The notes: generated by a model from the sequence alone, not told the origin. A stretch of DNA of 64,000 nucleotides from an uncultured Methanosarcinales archaeon (GCA_964385055.1 CAYLMH010000001.1:30111-94110), one strand, 5' to 3'; shown: positions 9,902 to 20,623, counted from the stretch's first letter. Translations and numbers: made by a program.

Positions 9902-11299
9902 ATGCTCGATGTGTTGTTAATTAATCCACCATATACAAAAAAAGGAGGAAATATTTGGAAAACCGTGGCAAGCTGTATGCCTCCTCGTTCTCTTGCAATT
10001 CTTGCAGCATGCTTTGAAAGAGATGGTAAGACAGTAAAAATTCTTGATACACATGCAGAACGACTTGCAGTGGATGACATGGAAGAATTTTTGCGCACGA
10101 ATTATGATAATCCTCGATTTATTGGTTTAACAGGGACAACAGTAACTATTCATCATGCATATGCTGTTGCACAATTATGCAAAAAACTCTGGCCAGAAAC
10201 AAAAATTGTTTTTGGGGGCTATCATGCATCATCAAAACCAGCAGAATGCATTCAGCAGCCATTCGTTGATTTTGTTGTTCGGGGAGATGGAGAAGAAGCG
10301 TTTTTGGAAATAGTCAATGGAGAGGATCCAACAAAGATAAAGAATCTCACATACCTCGATAAAAATAAGAAAGTAATTCATAATCCAGAAAGGGAAATGC
10401 CAAAGGATCTTGACATTTACCCTATTCCTTCGTATCATCTTCTTCCTCTGGACAAATATTTTCCTGCTGTTGGAGTGTACAAACGCCTTCCCGCAATTAG
10501 TGTAGTCACATCCAGAGGTTGCCCTGGAAAATGCACGTTTTGTTATCAGCCATATGGAACAAACCTACGATGGCATTCTGCAGAAAGAGTGTTTGAAGAG
10601 GTAAAACTATTGGTAACAAAATACGGATACAGAGAAATTTGTTTTTATGATGATAATTTTGCAACAAACAAAGCAAGAACAAGAAAGATCTGTGAACTTT
10701 TCCTTGGATCTGGATTAGATATTGTCTGGAGTTGTTTCTCACGAGTAGATTGGGCGGACGCAGAACTTCTCAAACTTATGAAAAAAGCAGGGTGCCATCA
10801 AGTCATGTTCGGCGCAGAGAGTGGCGATCAAGCAATGCTAGATGGAATGCGAAAACAAGTAACACTAGATAGAATCCGACAAGCAGTGAAGTGGACAAAG
10901 GATGCTGGTTTAGATTGTCGTGCAGCATTCCTCTTTGGAATGCCTGGCGAAACAGAAGAAACAATGAAGAAGACAATAGATTTTGCGCTTGAACTTGATC
11001 CAGATATTGCGCAATTTAATATTGCAACACCAAACCCAGGAACACAACTATACGACTGGGCAGAACAAAATGGGTATCTTGGAACGCAGCAATGGGAAGA
11101 CTATGACTGGGCTTCTCCTGTTTTAGTATTACCAACAGTTGATGCTGAACTCGTTAAAAAATATTACAAGCTTGCATATCGAAAGTTCTATATGCGACCG
11201 AGATACATAATAAAACGACTTGGAAAGCTTCGTTCTGTGGAAGATTTCAAAAATGCTGCACGAGCAATGCGAAGTGTTATTGATGTGACGTCACACTAA
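9902..11299 (+). CDS. B12-binding domain radical SAM enzyme (class B-like) #2
   Basis: MLDVLLINPP...PPRSLAILAA...GGYHAS...GDGE; TSRGCPGKCTFC; FGAESG; FGMPGET; PNPGT. ATG 9902 follows TTTAAA at 9872. Confidence 0.9.
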   Translation: MLDVLLINPPYTKKGGNIWKTVASCMPPRSLAILAACFERDGKTVKILDTHAERLAVDDMEEFLRTNYDNPRFIGLTGTTVTIHHAYAVAQLCKKLWPETKIVFGGYHASSKPAECIQQPFVDFVVRGDGEEAFLEIVNGEDPTKIKNLTYLDKNKKVIHNPEREMPKDLDIYPIPSYHLLPLDKYFPAVGVYKRLPAISVVTSRGCPGKCTFCYQPYGTNLRWHSAERVFEEVKLLVTKYGYREICFYDDNFATNKARTRKICELFLGSGLDIVWSCFSRVDWADAELLKLMKKAGCHQVMFGAESGDQAMLDGMRKQVTLDRIRQAVKWTKDAGLDCRAAFLFGMPGETEETMKKTIDFALELDPDIAQFNIATPNPGTQLYDWAEQNGYLGTQQWEDYDWASPVLVLPTVDAELVKKYYKLAYRKFYMRPRYIIKRLGKLRSVEDFKNAARAMRSVIDVTSH

Positions 11300-11332
11300 T
11301 GAATAAAGCATAATCAATAACATAATCAGGAA

Positions 11333-13291
11333 TTAATCAATTCTATAAAGTTGAACGCGATTTTCTTCATAAAGCAATGTTGCATGAGTACGGAAAAGCG
11401 CAGAATACAAAGAAGTGATGTGTTGCCCATAGTAGGCATCGTAAAAGCCATAAGTATAATTGTATTGAGGGAAGAGTGTAATACGAATGTGAGTAATATT
11501 TTTTTCTTGAAAGTCCGCATATAACGCATCAGCAGAGTCTAATCCCCTATAATCAATATAGAGCATGTTATTCATCGGTTCTCCCCAAACATATGGTCGT
11601 TGGATATAATACCCACGAAGGTCATTTGCCAGGAGAATAACAGCATCATGAGGAAGGTTATTATTAATGTAATCATCAACAGGTGCGACAGACACACGCT
11701 GGTCACGGTAATAGTCAAGAGGCTCTTGAAATGTAAAGACAGGAAGAGCAGACCGATAAATCACAAAATAAGCAACAGGATTAGAGAGAAGGAGAAAAAA
11801 GAAAAAAACAAGAATAAAAGAACGGAATTTTGAGAAAGAAGAAAAACGAGAAGTAATATGCTGTATGGTTTGGGCAACAATGATAGAGAGAAGAAAAAAA
11901 CCAAAAAAGAGGAGTCTGTAAGAGTGCTGTGTTTTATACCATATCAAAAGGAGAAAGAAAAATGTAAGAAAGTAAAAAGAGAACTGCTTAATTAGAGAGA
12001 GAGAAAATGAATATTTTCTGGAAAGCATGAAATAGATCGCAAGAGGACAAAAGAGTAAAAAAATTGCACCAATCCCATAAATACTGCCAAAATAAGAAGG
12101 AGTGAAGGTCATGTAAAAAGGAAGGAGAAAAAAAGTGAGAGGGTTTGATTTATCAAACGTTGTGTTGACAAAATAATCATTCCAGGCAAGCATGAGCTCT
12201 GGATTTGTTCCAAGAGAATTGGTGAACAGAGAAGTTAAAAAAGGCCAAACGGGATTATGCGTGTAATAAAAATTTTTGAGATACTGAGGAAGAAAGAAGA
12301 GAGAAGAGAGACAAAGACCAACAAAAACAAGAAATAAAAAAGAGGAAGTACTTTTCTTCTCAGTTTTATTTAAGAAAAAGTAAAGAAGGAGAACAAGAAG
12401 CGTAAAGAAGACAGTAAATAAACCAGTGTATTTTATACCTGCAGTAATCCCACTAAAAATAAATGCAAGAAGGATAAAAGATGATGTGGACTTTCTTTGA
12501 GGGGGAGTAAAGAAGAGAAGAAAGACAAAGAAAAAAGCAAAGAACTGATATGCCATAGTAATAATATCAATGTTAGGGTTAGTGATAAAAATGCTTATTT
12601 CTGGGAGTGTGTAAAGAATAATGAGAGAGTAAAGTGCAACAAGAGAGCCATAAAAGTATCGAACAAAGGAATAAAGTCCGAGAAACAAGGCATGGTGAAA
12701 CGAAAAAAGAATGAACGAAACAAAAAAGGATCCTAACGTAAAATCAAAGAGAAAACCAATTCCAAAGAGAACTTCTGCTAATTGAGGAAACTGCGCATGA
12801 AAGATGAAAGATGGTGGCGCTGTTGAATGTGTTGTTGCGTACCATTGCGCAAGAGGAAGGTGATACGCAAGCGCGTCCCATTCACTAAACGGGAAGAAAG
12901 TTAGAATTGTATTAAAGAAAAAAAAGAGTGCAAAAAGCAGCCAAATAAGAAGAGAATAACGAAAAGGAGTAAAAGAAGGAAAGTGAAAAGAGCGGGCGAA
13001 AGACATGAAGAAGGAAATCAATGAAAACATATCATGATATGATAGAACTAAAAAAAGAAGCAGAAGAAGGAAAAGAGCATATAAAGAGAAGAAAGAGAAA
13101 AGGCCTAAAAGAAATAAGAAAAGCATGAAGAAAGCATAACCTAAAAAGAATGAAGTGATAAAAAAGAATAAAGGAGAGAAGAGAGAAACACGGAATTGTC
13201 GCAGAATGAAGGATCCAAAAGAAGTAACAATAAGACTAATAATAAAGAAGAGAAGAAAAGCAAAAATAAAAGAGAGAACACCGGGCATCAT
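11333..13291 (-). CDS. GT-C (ArnT/PMT-like) membrane glycosyltransferase
   Basis: Many TM segments, WDALAYHLPLA loop motif, FPQLAE, AGIKYTG, NPVWPF, RLL; soluble C-terminal domain. Confidence 0.7.
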   Translation of the reverse strand: MMPGVLSFIFAFLLFFIISLIVTSFGSFILRQFRVSLFSPLFFFITSFFLGYAFFMLFLFLLGLFSFFSLYALFLLLLLFLVLSYHDMFSLISFFMSFARSFHFPSFTPFRYSLLIWLLFALFFFFNTILTFFPFSEWDALAYHLPLAQWYATTHSTAPPSFIFHAQFPQLAEVLFGIGFLFDFTLGSFFVSFILFSFHHALFLGLYSFVRYFYGSLVALYSLIILYTLPEISIFITNPNIDIITMAYQFFAFFFVFLLFFTPPQRKSTSSFILLAFIFSGITAGIKYTGLFTVFFTLLVLLLYFFLNKTEKKSTSSFLFLVFVGLCLSSLFFLPQYLKNFYYTHNPVWPFLTSLFTNSLGTNPELMLAWNDYFVNTTFDKSNPLTFFLLPFYMTFTPSYFGSIYGIGAIFLLFCPLAIYFMLSRKYSFSLSLIKQFSFYFLTFFFLLLIWYKTQHSYRLLFFGFFLLSIIVAQTIQHITSRFSSFSKFRSFILVFFFFLLLSNPVAYFVIYRSALPVFTFQEPLDYYRDQRVSVAPVDDYINNNLPHDAVILLANDLRGYYIQRPYVWGEPMNNMLYIDYRGLDSADALYADFQEKNITHIRITLFPQYNYTYGFYDAYYGQHITSLYSALFRTHATLLYEENRVQLYRID

Positions 13292-13386
13292 AAAACATAC
13301 CCTTTAATCTGAATAAAGAGAGAAAAATAATAACAAATAGTGATCACAAGAAGCCAAAGAGTAATGAGCACTAAAAGCCATTTCAT
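13288..13386 (-). CDS. 32-aa single-TM microprotein (MKWLLVLITLWLLVITICYYFSLFIQIKGYVL)
   Basis: Hand-translated. Its TGA overlaps the ATG of the downstream GT-C gene (ATGA), and a TATAAA box lies about 25 nt upstream. Below the ORF-track cutoff. Confidence 0.55.
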   Translation of the reverse strand: MKWLLVLITLWLLVITICYYFSLFIQIKGYVL

Positions 13387-13486
13387 AAGAGGAAAGAAAG
13401 GAAGAACCATTTATATTGTTTACGACGACAGTATAAGTGGAAGAACGTAAAGAGCGTAATGCTTCACAAGCTATTTAAAAGAAACA

Positions 13487-14527
13487 ATGCTTTTTCAAGA
13501 AATGCAAGAGATTGGTTTCATTTACAAAAACAAATGCCATCCTGTGACACAAACCTATGCAAACGCAATAAATGCAATACCATACAGAATAACAGGACCA
13601 ATAAACGCAATCTGGCAAGGACTCACCACCCCAACACACAAGTGGTATTTTGTTGAATCAGTGATGTCCATGCTTCTTCCCATCACAAAAAGAATACTGG
13701 GGAACAAGATCACGATCATTTTCAGAGGTAATGATGGATTGTTTGGAGAAACAGAAACAACAGCATATCTTGCGACAAAAAATCCAATAAAAAAACACAT
13801 CCTCCTCTTTCTCATAAAACACATGAATGGAGTGAGTGTCGAGGCAGAACCGCAAAAAGCAGAAGTCGCGCAATGGACAAAAGTGCCCGTGGAAGTTTGT
13901 GAATCCTACATAGAGAACAAATGCATGCTTGAAAAAATAAAGCCAAATCTCAAAACAAACACTTTTCTGTTTATTGGTGCGTACAGACCTCCATATGATC
14001 ACAAAGGAATAGAACAGCTTATCAAGCTCTTCAACAACGAAGAAATACAAAAATACAACCTCATCATCATTGGCAAAGGCACACAAAAACTCAAAGCACG
14101 AGCAAAAGAAAACATCCAAATTCTTGATTTCGTAGAAAACAAAGATGAATATTACAAACAAGCAACATATTACATCCATCTCCCAAAGTATGAAGCAGGA
14201 CCAATCACGCTTTTAGAAGCAATGACTGCAGGACTTATAATTATAACAAATAGAAATGCAGGACACCATAATATTGTAGAAAAAGTAAAGAAAAAACTGG
14301 TTTTAAGAAAGGATGCATCACAAGAGGAGAGAATAGAAGGAATAAAAGAAATAGTGAGCATACCTATAAAAGAGAAGCAGAAAATGACTGAAACATTTAA
14401 AAAGTGCGGAGCGTCCCATTATAACAAAGCAGAAATGACAGAGAAGTTTGTTCAAACATGGAAGAGTATAGTGAAAAAGAGTGAAGAGAAAGGGGAAACA
14501 AATGACAACAGAAAAACAACGAATTAG
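13487..14527 (+). CDS. Glycosyltransferase family 4 (GT-B)
   Basis: FLFIG...HKGIEQL...LIIIGKG...YEAGPITLLEAMTAG (EX7E motif). Confidence 0.8.
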   Translation: MLFQEMQEIGFIYKNKCHPVTQTYANAINAIPYRITGPINAIWQGLTTPTHKWYFVESVMSMLLPITKRILGNKITIIFRGNDGLFGETETTAYLATKNPIKKHILLFLIKHMNGVSVEAEPQKAEVAQWTKVPVEVCESYIENKCMLEKIKPNLKTNTFLFIGAYRPPYDHKGIEQLIKLFNNEEIQKYNLIIIGKGTQKLKARAKENIQILDFVENKDEYYKQATYYIHLPKYEAGPITLLEAMTAGLIIITNRNAGHHNIVEKVKKKLVLRKDASQEERIEGIKEIVSIPIKEKQKMTETFKKCGASHYNKAEMTEKFVQTWKSIVKKSEEKGETNDNRKTTN

Positions 14528-15779
14528 TGTTATAGGTATTGGAAGAGTAGGACTTCCATTAGCGCTCGCATTTGCAGAAAAAGACTTTTTTGTTCATGGC
14601 GTTGATGTGGATAAAAACAAAGTCTTGTTTGTCAACAGCGGAAAAATGCCCTTTATTGAAGAAGGAGCAGATGCGCTTTTAACAAAGCATATAGGTGTTA
14701 ATTTTATCGCGACAACAGATTTCCAGTTCGCGACAGAGAATTCTGACATCATTGTATTAACATTAGGAACACCAGTGGATGAACACTTAAACCCGATCTT
14801 CACGCAGATTGAAGCAGTGATCCGAAATATTGTCCATAGCTTGCATGAAGGGCAGATGATTGTGTTGCGAAGTACTGTTTCCCCTGGAACAACAGAATAT
14901 ATTAAACGATATATCGAGGCGAATACAAACCTCAAAGTAGGAGTAAACATCTTCTTAGGATTTTGTCCAGAAAGAATTGCAGAAGGAAAATCATTGGAAG
15001 AAATTCCACTAATCCCGCAGATAATCGGAACGCTGGACAGAGAAAGCGCAGAACGAGCAGAACAACTATTCAAGAAACTCACCCCACAAGTGATGCACAC
15101 CGATGCGCGATCCGCTGAGCTTGCAAAGTTATACTGCAATATGTACCGCTACATCAATTTCGCGATTGCGAATGAATTTATGATGATCGCAGAGCAGCAT
15201 GGCAGAGATGTGTATGAAATAATTAACCTCGTCAACAAAGATTACAAGCGAGGAGGACTGAAAAGCCCAGGATTTACTGCTGGTCCATGCCTCTATAAAG
15301 ACGGATTTTTCTTAGTGAGTAAAACACCGTTTGCAGAATTGATTACTACAGCATGGAAAATAAATGAGAGTGTTCCATCCTATTTGATTGAAGAGATCAA
15401 GAAACAAACAAATCTCATCAACAAAAAAGTAGCGATTCTTGGACTTGCGTTCAAGAAAAACATTGATGACAATAGAAATTCATTATCGTATAAAGCAAAG
15501 AAGATTTTCCTCGCAGAAGGAGCAAAAGTTGCGATGCACGATCCGTTTATTGAACCAGGAGATTTGAATAAAGTCTTGAAAGACGCAGATATTGTGATGA
15601 TCGCGATGGATCATGACGTGTACAAGAAGCTCACGTTGGAAAAGATTGGCGAACAAACCAATAAAGAAACAATGGTCTGCGATATCTGGAACATCTTTGG
15701 CACAGGAAAAGTCTTCAATAAGTTGAAGAAACCAAGCGCAGAAGAGTTGTTGGAAGAGAGTAATAATAATGAGATATAA
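14502..15779 (+). CDS. Nucleotide-sugar dehydrogenase (UDP-Glc/GDP-Man/UDP-ManNAc dehydrogenase family)
   Basis: VIGIGRVGLP, LGTP, RSTVSPGTT, CPERIAEG, AELAKL, AGPCLYKD, LGLAFKKNIDD. Confidence 0.9.
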   Translation: MTTEKQRISVIGIGRVGLPLALAFAEKDFFVHGVDVDKNKVLFVNSGKMPFIEEGADALLTKHIGVNFIATTDFQFATENSDIIVLTLGTPVDEHLNPIFTQIEAVIRNIVHSLHEGQMIVLRSTVSPGTTEYIKRYIEANTNLKVGVNIFLGFCPERIAEGKSLEEIPLIPQIIGTLDRESAERAEQLFKKLTPQVMHTDARSAELAKLYCNMYRYINFAIANEFMMIAEQHGRDVYEIINLVNKDYKRGGLKSPGFTAGPCLYKDGFFLVSKTPFAELITTAWKINESVPSYLIEEIKKQTNLINKKVAILGLAFKKNIDDNRNSLSYKAKKIFLAEGAKVAMHDPFIEPGDLNKVLKDADIVMIAMDHDVYKKLTLEKIGEQTNKETMVCDIWNIFGTGKVFNKLKKPSAEELLEESNNNEI

Positions 15780-15814
15780 TTACTTTTATTTTAGTGAATA
15801 TGAAACCTATCTAT

Positions 15815-16198
15815 TCACAAAAGACCATCTTGAATAAGTTTTGGAATAAGGGAAAGACGAATACCTGTAGTAAGTTCCGGTAATTCTTTTTGAGAAAACC
15901 AACCTAACTTTGTAATTTCTTGTGAGGGTATTGGATTACCAGTATACTCAACAAAATAACAATGAACATGCTGTTTCTTGTGAAGGAAGTCATGAAGGAT
16001 GACATAAGAAAAATAAGGAGAAAAAGAAGTCAAAGAAAGATTTAACTCCTCTTGTAATTCCCTTTTCATCGTCTCTTGATGCGATTCTCCGTTCTCAACT
16101 TTTCCACCAGGAGTCCAAAATAAAGAATGCTTCTCATTACCCACTAAAAGAATTTTTTTATTGTGAGTAATTACAGCAGCCACTCGGTCAGGAAGCAT
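15815..16198 (-). CDS. NUDIX hydrolase
   Basis: Nudix box PGGKVENGESHQETMKRELQEEL. Confidence 0.9.
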   Translation of the reverse strand: MLPDRVAAVITHNKKILLVGNEKHSLFWTPGGKVENGESHQETMKRELQEELNLSLTSFSPYFSYVILHDFLHKKQHVHCYFVEYTGNPIPSQEITKLGWFSQKELPELTTGIRLSLIPKLIQDGLL

Positions 16199-16202
16199 AG
16201 CA

Positions 16203-16904
16203 TCAGAGCCTCCATCTCAATCTGAGGACATACGGCAGCATCTTCAATTCTCGCCGAAAATTAAAACTGCTCTGTTTGCCAAAGTTCCATGCGACAGAAA
16301 ACTCATCTATTGTATAACCCAATTTCTGCGCGCGAACAAGTAATTCCACATCCCAGAACCAGCCGCGAACAAACGTCTCATCATACCCCATCGCATAAAG
16401 AAGAACAAGCAATTTCTCTTTGCGAAATGCCTTAAATCCGCATTGATGATCCGCAAGAGTAGAACCAAAATACACGCGCATAAACCAGTTATAGACAACG
16501 CTGATAATCTTGCGACCAAACTCCCGTTTTGCGCGAACTCCCTTATACCTGCTGCCAATCGCAATGTCGTTTCCTTGTTCAATGCTAGAAATAAGACGAG
16601 GTAATGCAGCAAGATCAGCAGAAAGATCAAGATCCATGAACGCAATAATGTCTCCTTTTGCGCTATAAAATGCCTTACCCAAATTCTCTCGCCTACTTGG
16701 TCCATTAGAAAAGTACAAATGTTTTATTTCTTTATGTTTCTCTATGAGTTTTTTTGCAATTACGGCAGTTGCGTCTGTGCTTCCATCATCCACAATAACA
16801 AGTTCAAACGGTTTTTTCAACAAAAGAAGCGCGTGATAAATGAGCAGAATATTTTTCTCAAGGCGTTGTTCTTCGTTGTAGCAGGGAATAAAAACAGAGA
16901 GCAT
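16203..16904 (-). CDS. GT2 dolichyl/polyprenyl-phosphate glycosyltransferase (ALG5/AglJ-like)
   Basis: SVFIPCYNEE, VDDGSTD, FMDLDLS, AIGSR, DHQCGFKAF, WFWDVELL. Confidence 0.85.
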   Translation of the reverse strand: MLSVFIPCYNEEQRLEKNILLIYHALLLLKKPFELVIVDDGSTDATAVIAKKLIEKHKEIKHLYFSNGPSRRENLGKAFYSAKGDIIAFMDLDLSADLAALPRLISSIEQGNDIAIGSRYKGVRAKREFGRKIISVVYNWFMRVYFGSTLADHQCGFKAFRKEKLLVLLYAMGYDETFVRGWFWDVELLVRAQKLGYTIDEFSVAWNFGKQSSFNFRRELKMLPYVLRLRWRL

Positions 16905-18670
16905 TATGAAGTCCCCCCATCAAGTGCGTAAAATTCAACAATACCTGCGCTGTTCGTATACGTCGTTGCGAGATAAGGAGTTTTATTAACTAAGAATGCA
17001 TCAACATCAAAAACACCGCCTTTTTCCAAAACAAAGTAATATGGAGCAAGCTGATCTCCTTCAGGGATGAGACCAATTTGTTGAATCTCATAATTCTGCT
17101 GAATATATTCCCAGACATCTGGTTTAGACTGCACTGTTCCAATACCTGGTCCATACAAAACAACCCAGCGGAATTGAAGTGTATTCTCCATTTCCTGAAC
17201 CCATGTAAGATTCGAAGAAATTTCATCTAAGCCATAGCGATGCGCGTGCCAGAGAAGACCACTGGATTGAGCAAAAACACCGTCAATAAAGACACGATCT
17301 TCAGGATCGCTATTTCTATAAATATAATCTCCTGCAACATCTTGACCATAGTAAATGACATCAAAAACTCGTCCAGTTGCTTCAGTAAGATCTGCAAAAG
17401 AGAGGAAAAGTAGCACTGCAAACAAAACAAAAACAACCTTTCCACGAACAAGTTTTTCATGAAAGGAATATTTTTTTGTGTATGATTCTAAAATATGTGC
17501 GAGAACAAAAAGAGCATACGCGCTTCCAAGGCAAACAAACGGAAGAAAAACCATTTGGTAATATGCGTGACCACGGAATTTATCCGCAAAAAAGAGGATA
17601 TAAAGAAGCAAGGAGAAAAAACTTCCAATAAGAAATAAACCCGTGGTTGTTTTATGTTTTAAAAGACCAAAGACAACAGCAAGAACAGTAAGCCAGAAGA
17701 ACCATACAGTAAAATTGTCAAGAACAAAAGAACGAATGCCTGAATAATGCTCGTTCCAGTAAGAGAAAGTAAATGTTCGTATAATATTGTCACGAACTTC
17801 AGCAAAACTTTCACTGAATCCGCCAGTTCCCACTGTTGTGGCTCCAGGCATTGTCCATTGAGAAAATTTCACCCAGATTGGAAAAATAGCCATAAGCAAA
17901 AAGAAGAGCAATGCAAGCATGCAAAGATATTTTTTTCGCAGAAGAAGATTTTTGTAAGGAACTAAAAAAAGGAGAGGAACTAAGCCGATCCCGTTAGGAA
18001 TTTTAAGAAGGATCGCGATAAGAAAACTCAGAGAAAAATAAAAGAATTTTGTATAATAATACACAGAAGCAAGCACATCATCACGCCAGCATAAAAACCA
18101 GTATGTGCCAAGAAGAATAAAGAAAACAGCGGGCGCTTCTGGCTGGACGTTTCTTCCAAAGAAAACACTAATAGGCATAATAGTGAAAAAAAAACACGCG
18201 ATGAGTGCCAAAGAATGATTATCTGTAAGTTTTTTGCCAACAAGGTAAAGCAGCGGAATACATGCAAGAGAGAAAAGAATGATGACAAACCGTGCTGCCC
18301 AGAGTTTTACGCCAAAAACCCACCATAATGGTAAAATGATCCAAGAAAGCAAAGGAAACTCATACTGCGTAAAATACCCTCGTTGTTGACTTCCAGCAAG
18401 ATACGTCTCAGTCCTAAAATAATCAAGAACTTCATCTGCGTTATACATAAATTCAGTGTAAGGAATATACTGCGCCTCTTTCATATTATGGTATCCGATA
18501 ACAGGAAAATCCATGTGGTAGGAACGAAGATAAAAACCAAAGAGCATGAAAGCGAGTAAAAGAACAACATGTGGTTTCGCTTTGCAAAAAGTAAGAATTT
18601 TAGAGAGATCAAAGGTGATTTCTTGTGCTTTTGAGTTGCTTTCTACTTGACTCTGCTGCGCTTCTACCAT
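16904..18670 (-). CDS. GT-C ArnT/PMT (GT39/GT83-like) membrane glycosyltransferase
   Basis: FGFYLR...KEAQY, EFPLLSW, WAAR, FFGRNVQPE, LLKIP, HAYYQ; multiple TM segments. Confidence 0.8.
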   Translation of the reverse strand: MVEAQQSQVESNSKAQEITFDLSKILTFCKAKPHVVLLLAFMLFGFYLRSYHMDFPVIGYHNMKEAQYIPYTEFMYNADEVLDYFRTETYLAGSQQRGYFTQYEFPLLSWIILPLWWVFGVKLWAARFVIILFSLACIPLLYLVGKKLTDNHSLALIACFFFTIMPISVFFGRNVQPEAPAVFFILLGTYWFLCWRDDVLASVYYYTKFFYFSLSFLIAILLKIPNGIGLVPLLFLVPYKNLLLRKKYLCMLALLFFLLMAIFPIWVKFSQWTMPGATTVGTGGFSESFAEVRDNIIRTFTFSYWNEHYSGIRSFVLDNFTVWFFWLTVLAVVFGLLKHKTTTGLFLIGSFFSLLLYILFFADKFRGHAYYQMVFLPFVCLGSAYALFVLAHILESYTKKYSFHEKLVRGKVVFVLFAVLLFLSFADLTEATGRVFDVIYYGQDVAGDYIYRNSDPEDRVFIDGVFAQSSGLLWHAHRYGLDEISSNLTWVQEMENTLQFRWVVLYGPGIGTVQSKPDVWEYIQQNYEIQQIGLIPEGDQLAPYYFVLEKGGVFDVDAFLVNKTPYLATTYTNSAGIVEFYALDGGTS

Positions 18671-18703
18671 AAAGGAAGAGGGCACGGACTTTGTTTTTAT
18701 ATC

Positions 18704-20527
18704 TTATGGATGAAACGAAGAGTTTCCGAAGAAGTCCAAACTAAAAGAAGAGATATCCTGACAGGCAGGAAAATTCATTCCATTCTCTTGAAGCACAACG
18801 CGAGCAGTTTCTGCTTGCTCCCAACTCAAGAGACAGAGTTCATCATAATGAGTAAAATAATAGAGAGAAAGTTCTTCCTTGAAAGCTGCGCACTGATCAG
18901 GATCACTGAAAAAGATATACAAAACAGGTTTGTCCCTGTTTTCCAAGAAGGGAACAGCAACAGAGCAGTGAGAGATACCAGATGCTTGAGAGAAGTTGAA
19001 AAGATCATAGAGATTAGAATAGGGGAAAGAATTGTCAGATGCATCAAAGGGGAAAAAACGAACAAGAGCAACATCATATTGTTTTGTGTTAATAACATCA
19101 TAAAAAAGAGCAGCATGTTCAGGTAAGGGAACATAATGATATTTAAAATACGAATCTAAAAGAAGAGGGTTTGCAAAGTCATTGGTTACAACAGTGATTT
19201 CATAATCAGAGAGAGAATCTTTGTAAAATGTTGTCGACACGTTAAGACCAATAGTATAAACTATCCGTGGGCTAGAAGTAGTATCCCATTCCAAAAAGAT
19301 AGGATTAAGAAGATAAAATATCTTATCATCAAGAGAAAAATAGGGAAAGTCATGCTGTAAGCTCAGACTATTAGGTTTTCGTTCTAGAAGAAACACGCCA
19401 TCCACAGAAGAAAGATAATCAGCACCTGCACGAAGAGTAATTCGCGATGAAGCAACAGAAAGTTGATCTTGGTAAAAGTGAAGAAGGAAAGGCGTTATGA
19501 AAAGAAGACCAATAAAGAGCAGAGCAACTCGATGTTTTCGTGGCAGAGAAAAATAATAAAGAAAGATGCATATCAGGAACAAAAAGTAAAAGGGAAGAAA
19601 ATAAACTGCGAGAGATAGTTCCTCTCTACCTGTTTGGCGTAAAAAGACAAGAACAAGAATAAGAAAAGGAAAAGAGAGAAGAAAAGAAAAGAGATTTCTG
19701 GATTTATAAAAGAAAAAGAAACCAAAAGCGATCATGAAGACAAGCATGAAAAAGAAGAGGTTATGATGAGAAAAAATGTTAAATCCTGAAAAAAAAGTAA
19801 ACAATGCTTGAGAAGTTGTTCCTTTAGGATAGATCGTATGAGCAAGAGAAACATAAACAAAGAATTTTGGAAATAAGATGTAGAGAAAAGCAACAGAAGA
19901 GAAAGAAACAAGAAAAATAGTTTTTACATTCGAAACAAGCTGCTCTCTGTTCATAAAAAGATAATAAAATAAGAGAAACACTGCAGGAACAAGGAGAAGA
20001 TATTTAGTAAAAACCGCGAGAAAAAGAAGGAAAGAAGAGAGAGCAATTTTATACCTATGCGAGGTATAAACTAGAAGATAAAGTGCAAGGAAAAAAAAGA
20101 AACACGCAAGAGTAATATCAAAAACAGGTAAGAAAGGATAGTAAATAAAAAACATATAGACAAAAAGCAAACGAAAGAAAGTCTTTACATCCGTTTCTCT
20201 AAAAATAAATGTACGTATCAAAAAGAATAAAGCGGTGTGAAGAAAAACTGCGAAGAGCGTAAGACCTGAATAAAGAGAATTACCCAGAAAAGAGTAAAAA
20301 ACATACACGATATAGAAAAGAACTGGCCCTTGTTCGCAATAAGGCTGTCCTTCATAAAGAGTTCCTTGAGAAATGTAATCCATACAAACAAACCAACGAT
20401 CGCGAAATAACTCTCCTTGAAGATTTGGAAAATGAAGTGCTGCAAGAATAAAGAAAACAAGAAAACAGAAAGAAAAGAGAAAGAAAGGACGTTTCTGAAA
20501 TAAGAGAAGGGTTTCCCGTAATTGCAT
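18704..20527 (-). CDS. Polytopic membrane protein, GT-C-like, Cys-motif paralog family member 2
   Basis: WFVCMDYISQGTLYEGQPYCEQGP, VFTK, C-terminal C...YYFTHYDELC...ENGMNFPAC. Confidence 0.65.
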   Translation of the reverse strand: MQLRETLLLFQKRPFFLFSFCFLVFFILAALHFPNLQGELFRDRWFVCMDYISQGTLYEGQPYCEQGPVLFYIVYVFYSFLGNSLYSGLTLFAVFLHTALFFLIRTFIFRETDVKTFFRLLFVYMFFIYYPFLPVFDITLACFFFFLALYLLVYTSHRYKIALSSFLLFLAVFTKYLLLVPAVFLLFYYLFMNREQLVSNVKTIFLVSFSSVAFLYILFPKFFVYVSLAHTIYPKGTTSQALFTFFSGFNIFSHHNLFFFMLVFMIAFGFFFFYKSRNLFSFLLSFPFLILVLVFLRQTGREELSLAVYFLPFYFLFLICIFLYYFSLPRKHRVALLFIGLLFITPFLLHFYQDQLSVASSRITLRAGADYLSSVDGVFLLERKPNSLSLQHDFPYFSLDDKIFYLLNPIFLEWDTTSSPRIVYTIGLNVSTTFYKDSLSDYEITVVTNDFANPLLLDSYFKYHYVPLPEHAALFYDVINTKQYDVALVRFFPFDASDNSFPYSNLYDLFNFSQASGISHCSVAVPFLENRDKPVLYIFFSDPDQCAAFKEELSLYYFTHYDELCLLSWEQAETARVVLQENGMNFPACQDISSFSLDFFGNSSFHP

Positions 20528-20623
20528 AAAAATGAGAGTTGAGCGGGATAAATATAGTTTTCGATCAAAACAGATGAAAAAGCTTTATAAACCAGACGAG
20601 AATTACTGACAAAGAGGATAAAA

